DNA of 64,000 nucleotides from Rhabdothermincola salaria (GCF_021246445.1 NZ_JAJQXW010000001.1:1-64000); one strand, 5' to 3'. Positions 9,166 to 19,100 are shown, counted from the stretch's first letter. Notes: generated by a model from the letters alone, not told the origin. Program-made: numbers and translations.

Positions 9166-9232
9166 CGTCCAGCCTCAGCGGCCGGCGTGGAGCGGCTCGA
9201 CCGGGGCCGGCGCCGCGCTGAGAGAGCCCGGT

Positions 9233-10012
9233 TCAGCGCACCAGGTACACGATGGCGACGGCCACGCCGATGGCGACCACCACCGCCCGCAGCACCCGAG
9301 GGTCGAGGTGCACGGCCAGCTTGCCGCCGAGGTGGCCCCCGGCGAGGGCACCGACGGCCATGACCAGCGCGGCCAGCCACCAGACCCGGCCGGAGAAGAG
9401 GAAGAAGGCCGCCGCGGTGAGGTTGACCACGAACGACATCGACTGCTTGAGGGCGTTGACGTCACGCAGGTCGTCGGGGAGCAACGCCCCGAGGACGGCG
9501 AGGAAGATGATGCCGAGCCCGGCGCCGAAGTAGCCGCCGTAGATCGACGCCGCGAACACGGCGACGATGGCGCCCACGGAGATCCCGTGGTCGGGTCGGG
9601 CGCGGGCCGCGTCGGGGCGGAGGGCCCGGCGCCGCTCGACCGACGTGCGGATGCGCTCTTGTCCGGCCAGCAGGGCGCTCGCCGAGAGGATGAGGAAGGG
9701 CACCAGCCGTTCGAGCAGTTCGTCCCCGGTGAGCAGGAGCAGCGCCCCGCCGGCGAGGCCGCCGAGCATCCCGGCCGGGGCCAGGACCTTCAGGCGGTCG
9801 CGCTGGCGGCGCACCGACTCGCGTTGGGCCAGCGCGCCGCCGAGGTACCCGGGCGAGAGGGCCACGGTCGAGGTCACGTTGGCCGACACCACCGGGAGGC
9901 CGACGGCGGTGAGGGCAGGGAAGGAGATGAGGGTGCCGCCTCCGGCCACGGCGTTCACGAAACCGGCGCCGACGCCGGCGAGGGCGACGACGACCAGCTC
10001 GACCGGGCTCAG
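9233..10012 (-). CDS. Sulfite exporter TauE/SafE family membrane protein
   Basis: AGFVNAVAGGGTLISFPAL, YGGYFGAGLG motifs; start uncertain (probable CTG overlapping the pirin stop). Confidence 0.85.
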   Translation of the reverse strand: MSPVELVVVALAGVGAGFVNAVAGGGTLISFPALTAVGLPVVSANVTSTVALSPGYLGGALAQRESVRRQRDRLKVLAPAGMLGGLAGGALLLLTGDELLERLVPFLILSASALLAGQERIRTSVERRRALRPDAARARPDHGISVGAIVAVFAASIYGGYFGAGLGIIFLAVLGALLPDDLRDVNALKQSMSFVVNLTAAAFFLFSGRVWWLAALVMAVGALAGGHLGGKLAVHLDPRVLRAVVVAIGVAVAIVYLVR

Positions 10013-10992
10013 AAGGGGACCTCGGGGGCATCGATGGGCGCGAGGGACGACGCCACCGGAGCGAAGCGCTCGTGGCCGGCCTGCCAGTCGGCGCGGGCGG
10101 CGCGGATCTCGTCGTGGGTGCGGGCCACGAAGTTCCACCACATGAGGGGCTCGGTCTCGAAGGGCTCTCCGCCGAGCAGGAGCAGCTCGGTGCCGGTGAT
10201 GGTGCGCAGGGCCAGCTCGTCGCGGCCGGCGCCGAGGTAGGCGAGCTGGCCCGGCACGACGGGCTCGTCGTCGTCGAGCCCCGGCCCGGCGAGCGAGGCC
10301 GCTCCGGCCAGGACCACGACGGCGTACTCGAAGCGGGGGTGGAGGGCGACGGCACCGCGTCCCTCGGCTCCGCCCGACACGGCGGCGCCGACCAGGGGGG
10401 TGTCGGTGCGGGCAGGGGAGCGCACGCCGCCGAGCTCGCCGACCAGGACGGTCGCGGTGATCCCGCCGCCGAGGTCGGCGGCGTCGAGGTCGGCGTGGTG
10501 GGCGAAGGCGGGGTCGCCGTGCCTGGTGGCCTCGGGTTGGGCGATCCAGAGCTGGGCGCCGCGCTGGGCGACCGCGGAGGAAGGGGGCGTGTGCTCGGCG
10601 TGGGCCACCCCACGCCCCGCGGTCATGAGGTTGAGCTGCCCGGGTCGGATGAGCTGCTCCGAGCCGAGGCTGTCGGTGTGCAGGACCTCCCCCTCGAGCA
10701 GCCAGGTCACGGTCTGCAGCCCGATGTGGGGGTGAGGGCCGACGGCCATGGTCGGGCCACCGGCTGCGGAGCCTGCCTCGTCGGCGCCGGACGGCGCGTC
10801 CGCCCCGAAGTGGTCGACGAAGCACCAGGCGCCGACCGTGCGACGGCCGCGGCGGGGAAGGGCCCGCCGCACCGTGATGCCGGCCAGATCGACGGTTCGG
10901 GCCGCGGTGCGTTCGAGGGTGGGCGGCGCGGTCGGGTGCTCGTCGCCCTCGTGGGCGGGGGAGTCGTCGGTGCTCACCGGTCCGCTCATCAC
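10009..10992 (-). CDS. Pirin family protein
   Basis: GPHPHIGLQTVTW, HTDSLG, MTAGRGVAHAE, WWNFV motifs. Confidence 0.92.
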   Translation of the reverse strand: MMSGPVSTDDSPAHEGDEHPTAPPTLERTAARTVDLAGITVRRALPRRGRRTVGAWCFVDHFGADAPSGADEAGSAAGGPTMAVGPHPHIGLQTVTWLLEGEVLHTDSLGSEQLIRPGQLNLMTAGRGVAHAEHTPPSSAVAQRGAQLWIAQPEATRHGDPAFAHHADLDAADLGGGITATVLVGELGGVRSPARTDTPLVGAAVSGGAEGRGAVALHPRFEYAVVVLAGAASLAGPGLDDDEPVVPGQLAYLGAGRDELALRTITGTELLLLGGEPFETEPLMWWNFVARTHDEIRAARADWQAGHERFAPVASSLAPIDAPEVPF

Positions 10993-11010
10993 CTCACGGT
11001 ACCGGGACCC

Positions 11011-11979
11011 TCAGGTGCCGGGCCGCACGGCGAGCAGGACCACCAGGTACCCGGCGTAGACCGCCAGCAGGGCCGCGCCCCGCCATCGAGCGAGGAACAG
11101 GCGTCGGCCGGGGATGAGCATGACCAGGGCCAGGGCGCCCACGACCAGGCTGAGCAACACCTCGTCGAGGGCCACGTCGAAGGGGCTCAGCAACGCCGCC
11201 ACCGAGACGATCCACAGGCCGTTGAAGATGTTGGAGCCGAGGATGGCCCCGATGCCGATCTCCTGGTGGCCCCGGAGGCCGGCCGCGATGGTGGTGGCCA
11301 GCTCGGGCATCGAGGTGCCGATGGCCACGAAGGTGGCGCCCACCACGAACGCGTCGAGCCCGAGGGCCTCGCCGATCGTCTCGGCGGCGATCACGATGAG
11401 GCGACCGGCCACCACCAACAGGACCAGGCCGCCGAGCATCTCGGCGAGGATCCGATGTCGGTTGCGCTCACCGAGCACTGCGTCAACGGTCTCGTCGAGC
11501 GCGTCGTCGGTCTCGTCGAGCGAATCTCTCCGGGCCCGGTGGGCGCTCCGGGCGGTGACGCCGAGCCAGGTGAAGAAGGTGGCGAGCAGCAGCCCGCCGT
11601 CGAGGCGGGACATCGAGCCGTCGAGGGCCAACACGACGGTGAGCGCAGGCACGGCGAGGGCCACCGGGAGGTCGCGCCGGACGGCGTCACGCTCCACCCG
11701 AGCCGGTCTCACCAACAGCGCCAGGCCCAGGACGAGCGCGATGTTGACCACGTTGGAGCCGAGCGCGTCGCCGAAGCCGATCTCGGGGGCACCGTCGGTG
11801 GCTGCGTTCACGGTCACGAACAGCTCGGGGCTGGAGGTGGCGAAGGCGGCCACGGTGACGGCGATGATGCTGGCCGGGACCCGGGCCCAGGCGGCCAGCC
11901 CAACCGCGCCCCGGACGAAGAGCTCGCCGCCGATCGCCGCGGCCAGCACGCCGGCGACGAGGACGAACGTGGTGCCCAT
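11011..11979 (-). CDS. Calcium/sodium antiporter (YrbG/CaCA family)
   Basis: Two alpha repeats: ATSSPEL..GSNVVNI and GTSMPEL..GSNIFN. Confidence 0.9.
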   Translation of the reverse strand: MGTTFVLVAGVLAAAIGGELFVRGAVGLAAWARVPASIIAVTVAAFATSSPELFVTVNAATDGAPEIGFGDALGSNVVNIALVLGLALLVRPARVERDAVRRDLPVALAVPALTVVLALDGSMSRLDGGLLLATFFTWLGVTARSAHRARRDSLDETDDALDETVDAVLGERNRHRILAEMLGGLVLLVVAGRLIVIAAETIGEALGLDAFVVGATFVAIGTSMPELATTIAAGLRGHQEIGIGAILGSNIFNGLWIVSVAALLSPFDVALDEVLLSLVVGALALVMLIPGRRLFLARWRGAALLAVYAGYLVVLLAVRPGT

Positions 11980-12070
11980 GACGCGAGCCGAGGGTAGTGC
12001 GCTGGCGTGGGGTCCGGCCGGGTCTGGTGGTCGCCCGCCCGAGCCGAATCTCAGTGGTGGGTCTGCGACG

Positions 12071-13825
12071 TCAGGCTGTCGCCAGCACGGTGCGGTCGCG
12101 CCCGCTCTCCTTGGCGTCGTAGAGGGCGGCGTCGGCCCGGGCCAGCACCGCGCCGTACCCCTCGCCCGGCCGGCGTACGGCCACGCCGGCACTGGTCGTC
12201 ACCGAGAGCCCGGGTTCGTCGAAGGTGAGCGCGGCCACGCTCTGGCGGATCCGCTCGGCGATGGTCTTCGGGGTGTCGTCGCCGGCCACGTGGAACACGG
12301 CGAACTCCTCACCCCCGAGGCGAGCCGCCAGGTCGCCGGGGCGGATCTGGTCCCCGATGGCCTTCGCCACCGCCGTGAGCACGGTGTCGCCGACGGCGTG
12401 GCCGTGAGTGTCGTTCACCGCCTTGAAGTGGTCGATGTCGAACATGGTCACCACCAGACCGGGGATGTCGCCCCGATCGTGGAGGGCGAGCAGCCTCGAC
12501 AGCGAGTCCTTGAGGGCCAGGCGGTTGAGCAGGCCCGTCAGCGGGTCGCGCATGGCGAGCCCGTAGAAGCGCTCGCGTTCGAGCTCGACGGAGCGCAGCA
12601 GCATCTCGCGCTCGAGGGCCACCTCCAGGGGGGTGCTGATCTGGGCCAGGGTGGCCAGGGTCGACTCGTGCAGGGCGACCGGGCGCGAGAGGTGCATGAT
12701 CGTGACGCCGGTGGGGGCGTTGCTGATCGGCGAGAAGAGGGCAAGGGCGAGGGCCGGCTCGGTGGACGTTCCGGCGGAGACCCAGGAAGGGCCGGCGCCG
12801 TTGTCGTCGTCGGCGCGGTGGGCGTGGAGCAGCGGGGCCCACTGCTCGGGCAGGGTGCCGGGCACGCCTCCGAAGCGGTCGGCGGCACTGAAGCGCAACA
12901 TGGTGTCGTCGTCGCGAGCCCAGAACTCGATCGACGTGATGGGGAACACGGCGCGGGCCGAGTTCTCGAGTGCCGCCGCGATCTCGCGGAAGTCGCGCAG
13001 CACGGCGAGCTGTTGCAGAGTGCCCCTCAACAGCTGGTGCATGGCAGAGAGCCGGCGGATGTCCGAGTCCTGCCTCGTCATCAGGTAGAGCCCGCAGTCG
13101 AGGTTCTTGAGGGCGGTGATGATCGGCGCGATCAGCGCGTGGGGGATGAGGCGGCCGTGCTGGGGGGCGATGAGGGTGAGGGGGAGCTCTTCGATCTCCT
13201 CGAGGCCGTGGACCAGGATCTCCCGGCTCGGCATGTAGTGCTCGTGGAAGGGGCGGATGTCCTCGAAGTGCTCGATGCTGTCGGCGATCAGCCGTTCGTC
13301 CTGGGTGAAGCCCCCGAAGAGATCGCTCGACAACAACGTGCCCGTCGCTTCGTCGAAGGTGACGAAGGCGCCAGGGAAGTGCAGGTACGGAGTGAACAGG
13401 AAGCGCAGCTCCCGGCCCCCGAGGTCGAGGCGCCAGTCGTTGCGGTCGACGAGGTGGAAGGGCAACCGCAGCGCGTAGTGCTTCATGAGGGCTTCGGCCC
13501 GCCAGTGGGTGACGATCGCTGCGTCGGGCCGCCTCACGAGCTCGTCGAGACGGGTCAGCGATGCGGTGATGTCAGGGTCCTGGTGGTGGCAGACGATCCA
13601 CCGCAGCTGCTCGGGTTCGATGACCTCGGTCACCTTTTTCCACACCGTGTCGAAGGTGAGCAGTCCGCCGGGATCGAACAGGACCGACTGGTCGTCGTGC
13701 TCCAGGAGGTAGACGTGGCACTGGAAGGGGTCGTCTCCGAGGTGCTCACCGACCCACCAGAGCCGATCGGCGATCTCCACGGGGCGGGTGAGGTCGAGAT
13801 CTTCGTTCGAGGTGAGGGGGGTCAT
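12071..13825 (-). CDS. MBL-fold di-iron sensor (ODP/FprA-like) + GAF-like + GGDEF diguanylate cyclase
   Basis: N-terminal HHQDPD, HFPG, SSDLFG; C-terminal DIDHFKAVNDTHGH, RLGGEEF, ADAALY; leaderless, -10 TATCCT. Confidence 0.85.
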   Translation of the reverse strand: MTPLTSNEDLDLTRPVEIADRLWWVGEHLGDDPFQCHVYLLEHDDQSVLFDPGGLLTFDTVWKKVTEVIEPEQLRWIVCHHQDPDITASLTRLDELVRRPDAAIVTHWRAEALMKHYALRLPFHLVDRNDWRLDLGGRELRFLFTPYLHFPGAFVTFDEATGTLLSSDLFGGFTQDERLIADSIEHFEDIRPFHEHYMPSREILVHGLEEIEELPLTLIAPQHGRLIPHALIAPIITALKNLDCGLYLMTRQDSDIRRLSAMHQLLRGTLQQLAVLRDFREIAAALENSARAVFPITSIEFWARDDDTMLRFSAADRFGGVPGTLPEQWAPLLHAHRADDDNGAGPSWVSAGTSTEPALALALFSPISNAPTGVTIMHLSRPVALHESTLATLAQISTPLEVALEREMLLRSVELERERFYGLAMRDPLTGLLNRLALKDSLSRLLALHDRGDIPGLVVTMFDIDHFKAVNDTHGHAVGDTVLTAVAKAIGDQIRPGDLAARLGGEEFAVFHVAGDDTPKTIAERIRQSVAALTFDEPGLSVTTSAGVAVRRPGEGYGAVLARADAALYDAKESGRDRTVLATA

Positions 13826-13866
13826 CGAGGCGGAGGATAGGCGGGACCCATGGCCCCGCCGCCGGA

Positions 13867-15051
13867 TCACCGGGCGCGCGGTGGCTGTCCCGGTGCGGCG
13901 GGGTGCGGCGCAGCGAGCATCCGCTCGAACTGGTCGGCGGGGACCGCCGGGGAGAACAGGAAGCCCTGGCCCTGGCGGCAGCCGTGACGGACGACGGCAG
14001 CGCGTTGGTCCTCGGTCTCGATCCCCTCGGCGATGCAGCCCACGTCGAGCTGTCGGCTCAGGCCGATGAGGGCGGCGACGATCGCCTCGCTCGGTGATCC
14101 GGGACGGAGCTCGGCGGTGAAGGTCTTGTCGATCTTCACGATGTCGACGGGGAGGCGCTGCACGTAGGCGAGGGTGGCGTGGCCGGTGCCCAGGTCGTCG
14201 ATGGCGATGGTGGTGCCGGCGAGGCGGAGCGCGGCGAGCGTCGCCGCCGCCTCGTCGAGGTCCTGCACGACCGCGGACTCCGTGACCTCCAGGCAGAGAT
14301 CGCTCGGTGCGAGGGCGGTGGGCGCCAGCAGGGCCTCGACGCGTTCCGGGAGACTCCCCCGGCCGAGGTCGTGGCCGCTGATGTTCACCGCCACGTGGAA
14401 GCGGTCGAGGCTCAGCCGCTCCTTCCATCCCCCGACCGTCTCGGCCACCTGGCCGATCACCCAGTCGGTGCTCTCGTCGAGCTGTTCGAAGTCGTCGATG
14501 AACTCGACCGGGGCGAGCAGGCCCTTGGTCGGGTGGCGCCAGCGCACGAGGGCTTCGGCGCCCACGATCCGGCCGTCGTCGAGGTCGACGATCGGTTGGT
14601 AGTGCAGCTCCACCTCGCCGTGGGCCAGGGCCCGTCGCAGCTCCGCCCGACGCCGTCGCGCTCGGTGGTCGGTGAGGACGACCTGCAGGCCCTGGCGGAT
14701 GGCCACGGACACGGCCACCCCGATGACCAGGAAGAACAGGCCGCGCACGAGCCAGTCGCTGAGGTCCTGGGGGGTGCCTTCCTCGACGTTGCCGGGGGTG
14801 AGCGGGCCGGCCAACAAGGTGGCGGCGGCCGCCGCCGGGAAGGCGCCGGCCAGCCCGAAGCGGATGCCGGCGAGGAGGATCGGGGCGTAGAACCAGTGCG
14901 GCGCCACCCGGTGGGCGCCACCGAGGGCCAGGGTCAGCAGGAACGAGGCCACCAACAGCCCGGCAACGAGGCCGATCGACACCGCGGCGTGGTGGTCGAG
15001 CAACGTTCCCAGCGCACGGGTGGACTGACGGTCGGACGAGTGCTCGGCCAC
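13867..15051 (-). CDS. Membrane-anchored EAL-domain c-di-GMP phosphodiesterase
   Basis: N-terminal TM helices; YQPIV, EALVRW, EVTES, DDLGTG, KID, AEGIET, QGFLF; GGAGG RBS before GTG. Confidence 0.88.
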   Translation of the reverse strand: MAEHSSDRQSTRALGTLLDHHAAVSIGLVAGLLVASFLLTLALGGAHRVAPHWFYAPILLAGIRFGLAGAFPAAAAATLLAGPLTPGNVEEGTPQDLSDWLVRGLFFLVIGVAVSVAIRQGLQVVLTDHRARRRRAELRRALAHGEVELHYQPIVDLDDGRIVGAEALVRWRHPTKGLLAPVEFIDDFEQLDESTDWVIGQVAETVGGWKERLSLDRFHVAVNISGHDLGRGSLPERVEALLAPTALAPSDLCLEVTESAVVQDLDEAAATLAALRLAGTTIAIDDLGTGHATLAYVQRLPVDIVKIDKTFTAELRPGSPSEAIVAALIGLSRQLDVGCIAEGIETEDQRAAVVRHGCRQGQGFLFSPAVPADQFERMLAAPHPAAPGQPPRAR

Positions 15052-15232
15052 CAGACCTCCTCCCCGATCGGCTCGGCGGCAGCCCCCCAGGCGCCGTGGG
15101 GGGCACGATAACCCAAGGTCTGGCGAAGATCGGGGCCGACGCGCCGACGCGCCGGTGCCCGGTCGCCGAAGCGGACCGGGCACCGGGTCGGAGCCACGCC
15201 CCCCAGGGACGCGTGCTCGAGATGAGTCTGGC

Positions 15233-16954
15233 CTACACCTCGACGGTGTAGGTGTCGCGACCAGCCTTGAGCAACGTGCCGGGCACGGCGCCGGTGGGCT
15301 CGCCGTCGACGATGACGGCGGTGCCGTTGACGAGCACCCGTTCGACGCCGAAGGAACCGGCGGTGAGGCGCTCGCAACCGCCCGGGAGGTCGGCGACCAT
15401 GTGGGCGTTCTCGGAGCCGACCGTCTCGGGATCGATGACGGTGATGTCGGCGGCCAGGCCCTCGGCCAGCACACCCCGGTCGCGCAGGCCGAACAGCTCG
15501 GCGGGCACCTGGGTCATCAGCTGCACCGCCCGCTCGACCGGCACGAGCTTGCGACCACGGATCATGTCGCCGAGGAACCGGGTGGGATAGGTGGCGCCCT
15601 GCATGCGGTCGAGGTGGGCGCCGGCGTCGGAACCACCGATGATGGCGCGCGGGTCGTTCCAGACCTCGGCCCGCATGCGCCAGGTCTCGTCGTCCTTGTC
15701 CTTGGGCGCCGGCCACAGGATCGTCCTGAGGTCGTCCGCGATCACGATGTCGAGGAGCGTGTCGAAGGGCTCGGCGCCCCGCTCGGCGGCGATGGAGCCG
15801 ACCGTGCGACCGCTGAGGCCTTCGTTGTCGGGCGAGAAGGTGTCGCCGATGACGTACTCGTCCCAGTCGGCGAGGCGGCGGTAGATGCCGGCCTCCTGCG
15901 ACTGCGACGACGCCAGCAGGCGGGCCCGCACCTCGGGGTCCTTCAGGACCTCGATGCGCTCCTCGACCGGCACCCGGAGGGTCTCCTGCCAGCCGGGGAG
16001 CAGCCAGATGCCGCAGAAGGTGAGGAAGTTCATGTTCATGGGCACCAGCACGGGCATGGTGAGCGCCACGACCCGGCCGCCGAGCTCGGCGGCACGGTCG
16101 CCGGCCGAGAGCTGGCGGGGGGCGCGGTCGGGCTCGCGGCTGTCGACCGTGAGCACGTTCCAGTTGAGCGGCCGCTTGGCGGCGGCGCTCATCTCGGCCA
16201 GCAGCTCGATCTCGTCGTCGGCGAAGCGGTCGAGGCAGCCCGGGACGATGGCCTCGAGGGTGGTGCCCTCGTGCTCTCGCACCTCGCCGCACAGGGCCAG
16301 CAGCTCCTCCTTGGTGGACCAGCGCGAGGGGACGGGCTGGCCGTCGCCGTCGCTGTGGGAGCCCGACAGCGTGGTGGAGAAGCCCAGCCCACCCGCCTCG
16401 ATGCCCTTGCGCAGTTCGGCGACCATGGCCTCGATCTGCTCGGGGGTGGCCTCGTTGCCCACGGAGTCGGGGCCCATGACGTAGCGGCGGATGGCGCAGT
16501 GGCCCACCAGGAACCCGGCGTTGACCGAGATGGAACCCTCGAAGTTCGACAGGTAGTCCGAGAAGGTCTCCCAGTCCCAGTCGATCTGCTGGAGGGCGGG
16601 CAGGGGCATGCCCTCGACCCGCGACATCATCTGCTGGAGGTAGTCGGCCTCCTCGGGGGTGGGCCGAAGGGGAGCGAGGGTGAAGCCGCAGTTGCCGCCG
16701 ATCACGGTGGTGACCCCGTGGTTGGCCGACGGCGACGCGCCCGGGTCCCACAGCAGCTGGGCGTCGTAGTGGGTGTGCGGGTCGATGATGCCGGGGATGA
16801 CGAGCTTGCCGGTGGCGTCGGTGACGACGGTGGCGTCCTCGTCGATCTGGCCGATGGCGACGATGCGGCCGTCGCGGATGCCGACGTCGGCCTGGCGACC
16901 GGGTGCGCCCGTGCCGTCGATGACCGTGCCGCCCTTGATGAGCTCGTCGAGCAT
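15233..16954 (-). CDS. N-acyl-D-amino-acid deacylase family amidohydrolase
   Basis: PGIIDPHTHYDAQ, GNCGFTLAP, GSDAGAH motifs. Confidence 0.9.
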   Translation of the reverse strand: MLDELIKGGTVIDGTGAPGRQADVGIRDGRIVAIGQIDEDATVVTDATGKLVIPGIIDPHTHYDAQLLWDPGASPSANHGVTTVIGGNCGFTLAPLRPTPEEADYLQQMMSRVEGMPLPALQQIDWDWETFSDYLSNFEGSISVNAGFLVGHCAIRRYVMGPDSVGNEATPEQIEAMVAELRKGIEAGGLGFSTTLSGSHSDGDGQPVPSRWSTKEELLALCGEVREHEGTTLEAIVPGCLDRFADDEIELLAEMSAAAKRPLNWNVLTVDSREPDRAPRQLSAGDRAAELGGRVVALTMPVLVPMNMNFLTFCGIWLLPGWQETLRVPVEERIEVLKDPEVRARLLASSQSQEAGIYRRLADWDEYVIGDTFSPDNEGLSGRTVGSIAAERGAEPFDTLLDIVIADDLRTILWPAPKDKDDETWRMRAEVWNDPRAIIGGSDAGAHLDRMQGATYPTRFLGDMIRGRKLVPVERAVQLMTQVPAELFGLRDRGVLAEGLAADITVIDPETVGSENAHMVADLPGGCERLTAGSFGVERVLVNGTAVIVDGEPTGAVPGTLLKAGRDTYTVEV

Positions 16955-16993
16955 GTGACCCCTCCGTTCGGCCGGTCGGAGTGCCGGCGCGTT

Positions 16994-17010
16994 TCTGACG
17001 GACCGTCAGA
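16994..17010. promoter_or_regulatory. Palindromic operator site 2 (TCTGACGGACCGTCAGA)
   Basis: Perfect palindrome between divergent genes, overlapping minus-strand -10 TAATCT. Confidence 0.8.
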
Positions 17011-17098
17011 TTACACCCGTGCCCCTGCTCCGCCACCCCGACCACCGGCCCGCTACGGTCGCCCGCACCACCCGTCCCCGCCCGAGGAGCACCCGCAC

Positions 17099-17983
17099 AT
17101 GGAGTTCTGGCACACGACAGCATGGATCCCGCCCGGGGCCCTCACGACGCTCGCCGCCACCTGCGACGAGGCCGGTTTCGGTGGCGTGCTGCTCTCCGAC
17201 CACCTGCTGTTCCCGGCCGAGCTGCGCTCGGCGTACCCCTACCAGGAGGACGGCCAGCCGGGATGGCGCCCTGAGACGCCGTGGATCGATCCGTGGGTGG
17301 CCATGGGGGCCATGGCCGCGGTCACCGAGCGCATCCGCTTCTCCCAGAACATCTACATCTTCCCGCTGCGCCACCCGGTGGAGGTCGCCAAGCTGGCTGC
17401 GTCCGCGTCGGCGATGTCCGGTGGTCGGGTCTCGCTCGGACTGGGCGTGGGGTGGATGGCCGAGGAGTTCGAGATCCTGGGCGAGGACTTCCGCACCCGG
17501 GGGGCCCGCACCGACGAGGGCATCGAGATCTGCCGCAAGCTCTGGAGCGGCCAGCCCGTCAGCCACGAGGGCCGGCACTACTCGTTCCCCACCGTCACCA
17601 TGTCGCCGCCGCCCGACGGCGGCCACGTGCCGATCTGGATCGGCGGGCACTCCGAGCCCGCCCTGGCCCGGGCGGCCCGCAACGACGGATGGATCGGCAA
17701 CGCCTACCCGCTCGACGAGGCCGAGGCCGTGCTCGACCGCCTCGACGCCGCCCTCCAGGCCAACGGGCGTCGTCTCGGCGACGGCTTCGAGGTGGTCATG
17801 GGCATCTACTCGATGGACCCCGACGACTTCCGCCGCTTCGCCGACCGGGGCGTGACCGGCTTCCTCGCCGCGCCCGCCATGATGCCGGGCGACAGCGACG
17901 GGACGGCCGCCGCCTCCATCGACGACCGTGTGGCTGCCATCCATCGCTTCGCCGAGACGGTGGTCGCCCCTCTCGCTCCTTGA
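17099..17983 (+). CDS. LLM class F420-dependent oxidoreductase (Rv2161c/TIGR03619-like)
   Basis: SDHLLFP, DPWV.MGAMAAVTERI, GVGWMAEEF, PIWIGG; GAGGAG RBS. Confidence 0.88.
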   Translation: MEFWHTTAWIPPGALTTLAATCDEAGFGGVLLSDHLLFPAELRSAYPYQEDGQPGWRPETPWIDPWVAMGAMAAVTERIRFSQNIYIFPLRHPVEVAKLAASASAMSGGRVSLGLGVGWMAEEFEILGEDFRTRGARTDEGIEICRKLWSGQPVSHEGRHYSFPTVTMSPPPDGGHVPIWIGGHSEPALARAARNDGWIGNAYPLDEAEAVLDRLDAALQANGRRLGDGFEVVMGIYSMDPDDFRRFADRGVTGFLAAPAMMPGDSDGTAAASIDDRVAAIHRFAETVVAPLAP

Positions 17984-18144
17984 CCTGCTCCCCGGGCCGG
18001 TGTGGTGGCCACGCCCGGGCCGCGGATGGACCACAGCAACCGGCCCGAGCACCCCTCGCCACCCTGACCCGGCGACATGGGATGGTCCAGGTCCTCGTCT
18101 GGTGCCGCGCGGTTGGCGCTCGGCGCTGTGTGTGGGGCCGGTCC

Positions 18145-18522
18145 TCAGACTCTGACGAGCGCGACCCGCGGTCGAAGCAGGTCGGCGATCGGCTTCAGGT
18201 CGCCCTCGTCGGACGTGACGACGCTGAACCGGAGTCGATGGGCGGTGGCTACGGCATGGACCTCCACGACGTCCGTCACCCCGGCGCGGCCGGCCAGGGC
18301 ACCGACGTCGTGAGCCTCGTCGACATCGAAGGGAACGACCTCGCAGCCACGCAGGAAGCGGCGGAGCTGCGCTTGTCGTCCGGACCGGCTGACTTGGGCA
18401 ACGACTGGAGCGGTGGTGACGGGCACGAGGCCCATCTCGAGCCGCACGCGGTGATCCGCCCACATGGCTCTGTCCGATCGCTCGGCGGCGATCAGTGCGC
18501 CGGCGTCGTACACGACGCTCAC
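18145..18522 (-). CDS. PIN-domain toxin (VapC-like)
   Basis: VVYDAGALIA..., VVTSD..DL; GTGA overlap with a small upstream gene. Confidence 0.8.
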   Translation of the reverse strand: MSVVYDAGALIAAERSDRAMWADHRVRLEMGLVPVTTAPVVAQVSRSGRQAQLRRFLRGCEVVPFDVDEAHDVGALAGRAGVTDVVEVHAVATAHRLRFSVVTSDEGDLKPIADLLRPRVALVRV

Positions 18523-18797
18523 GCGGAGCGCTTCTTGGGTCGAGCCGACGTCGCTCCGACCTGAGCAGCGACACGGCGGTGCGCGGCGCTCAGCTCGGCT
18601 TCGGTGAGTGTCCCGTGCTCGGCCTCCCAGTCGGCCACGGCTGCGAGCCCGTCGCGAACGAGGAGCGCGCGCCGCGCCGCAGTGGTCATCCAGGCCGACA
18701 CGCTGAGGCCCTCGGCCGCTGCTGCGTCGCGCACCCGATCATGGACATCAGCATCCACGGTGATGGCGAGCTTCGGTGACGGCTTCCCTCTCGGCAT
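18519..18797 (-). CDS. Antitoxin (ribbon-helix-helix, VapB-like)
   Basis: KLAITVD..V...VR.AA..EG.SVSAW; WEAEHG.LT..EL; directly upstream of the PIN gene. Confidence 0.78.
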   Translation of the reverse strand: MPRGKPSPKLAITVDADVHDRVRDAAAAEGLSVSAWMTTAARRALLVRDGLAAVADWEAEHGTLTEAELSAAHRRVAAQVGATSARPKKRSA

Positions 18798-18803
18798 GGC
18801 CGA

Positions 18804-18832
18804 AAGATACTACTGGAGTAGTAGACATTCAA
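18804..18832 (-). promoter_or_regulatory. TA promoter (-35 TTGAAT, 17 bp, -10 TATCTT) with palindrome TACTACT-GG-AGTAGTA (18808-18823)
   Basis: Read directly; the palindrome lies in the spacer, as expected for an autoregulatory operator. Confidence 0.7.
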
Positions 18833-19100
18833 CGGGGTGCTGGCCGCCGTCGGACCGCCATCCTGGCTGCAGACCCGGCGTTCCGGGGCGGTGACACGGC
18901 CAGACCCGCCCCGCGGTTCACCGCCCTCTGGTCTCGAGTCCAAGCGGGAAGGGCCGATTCATCCCGACCCGATCCCGGCGGCCGGGACCGATCCCGCCAG
19001 CTGCGCTCCGGCGGGTGCCCTCCACGTGCCCGTCAGGGGGCGTTGAACGCGTCGCTGGCGGGACGGGTGGCAAACGCCGTCGGCCGCTGTCGCGGTGACG

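Noticed and set aside
12071..15106. 1011-aa ORF suggesting an EAL-GGDEF fusion or frameshift
   Set aside because: The N-terminal part is an Arg/Pro-rich off-frame reading of the EAL gene; the GGDEF gene has its own -10 and ATG at 13825.
18840..19100. Riboswitch (GGCAAAC) upstream of ALDH
   Set aside because: Remaining c-di-GMP-I motif elements are absent, and ALDH appears leaderless.
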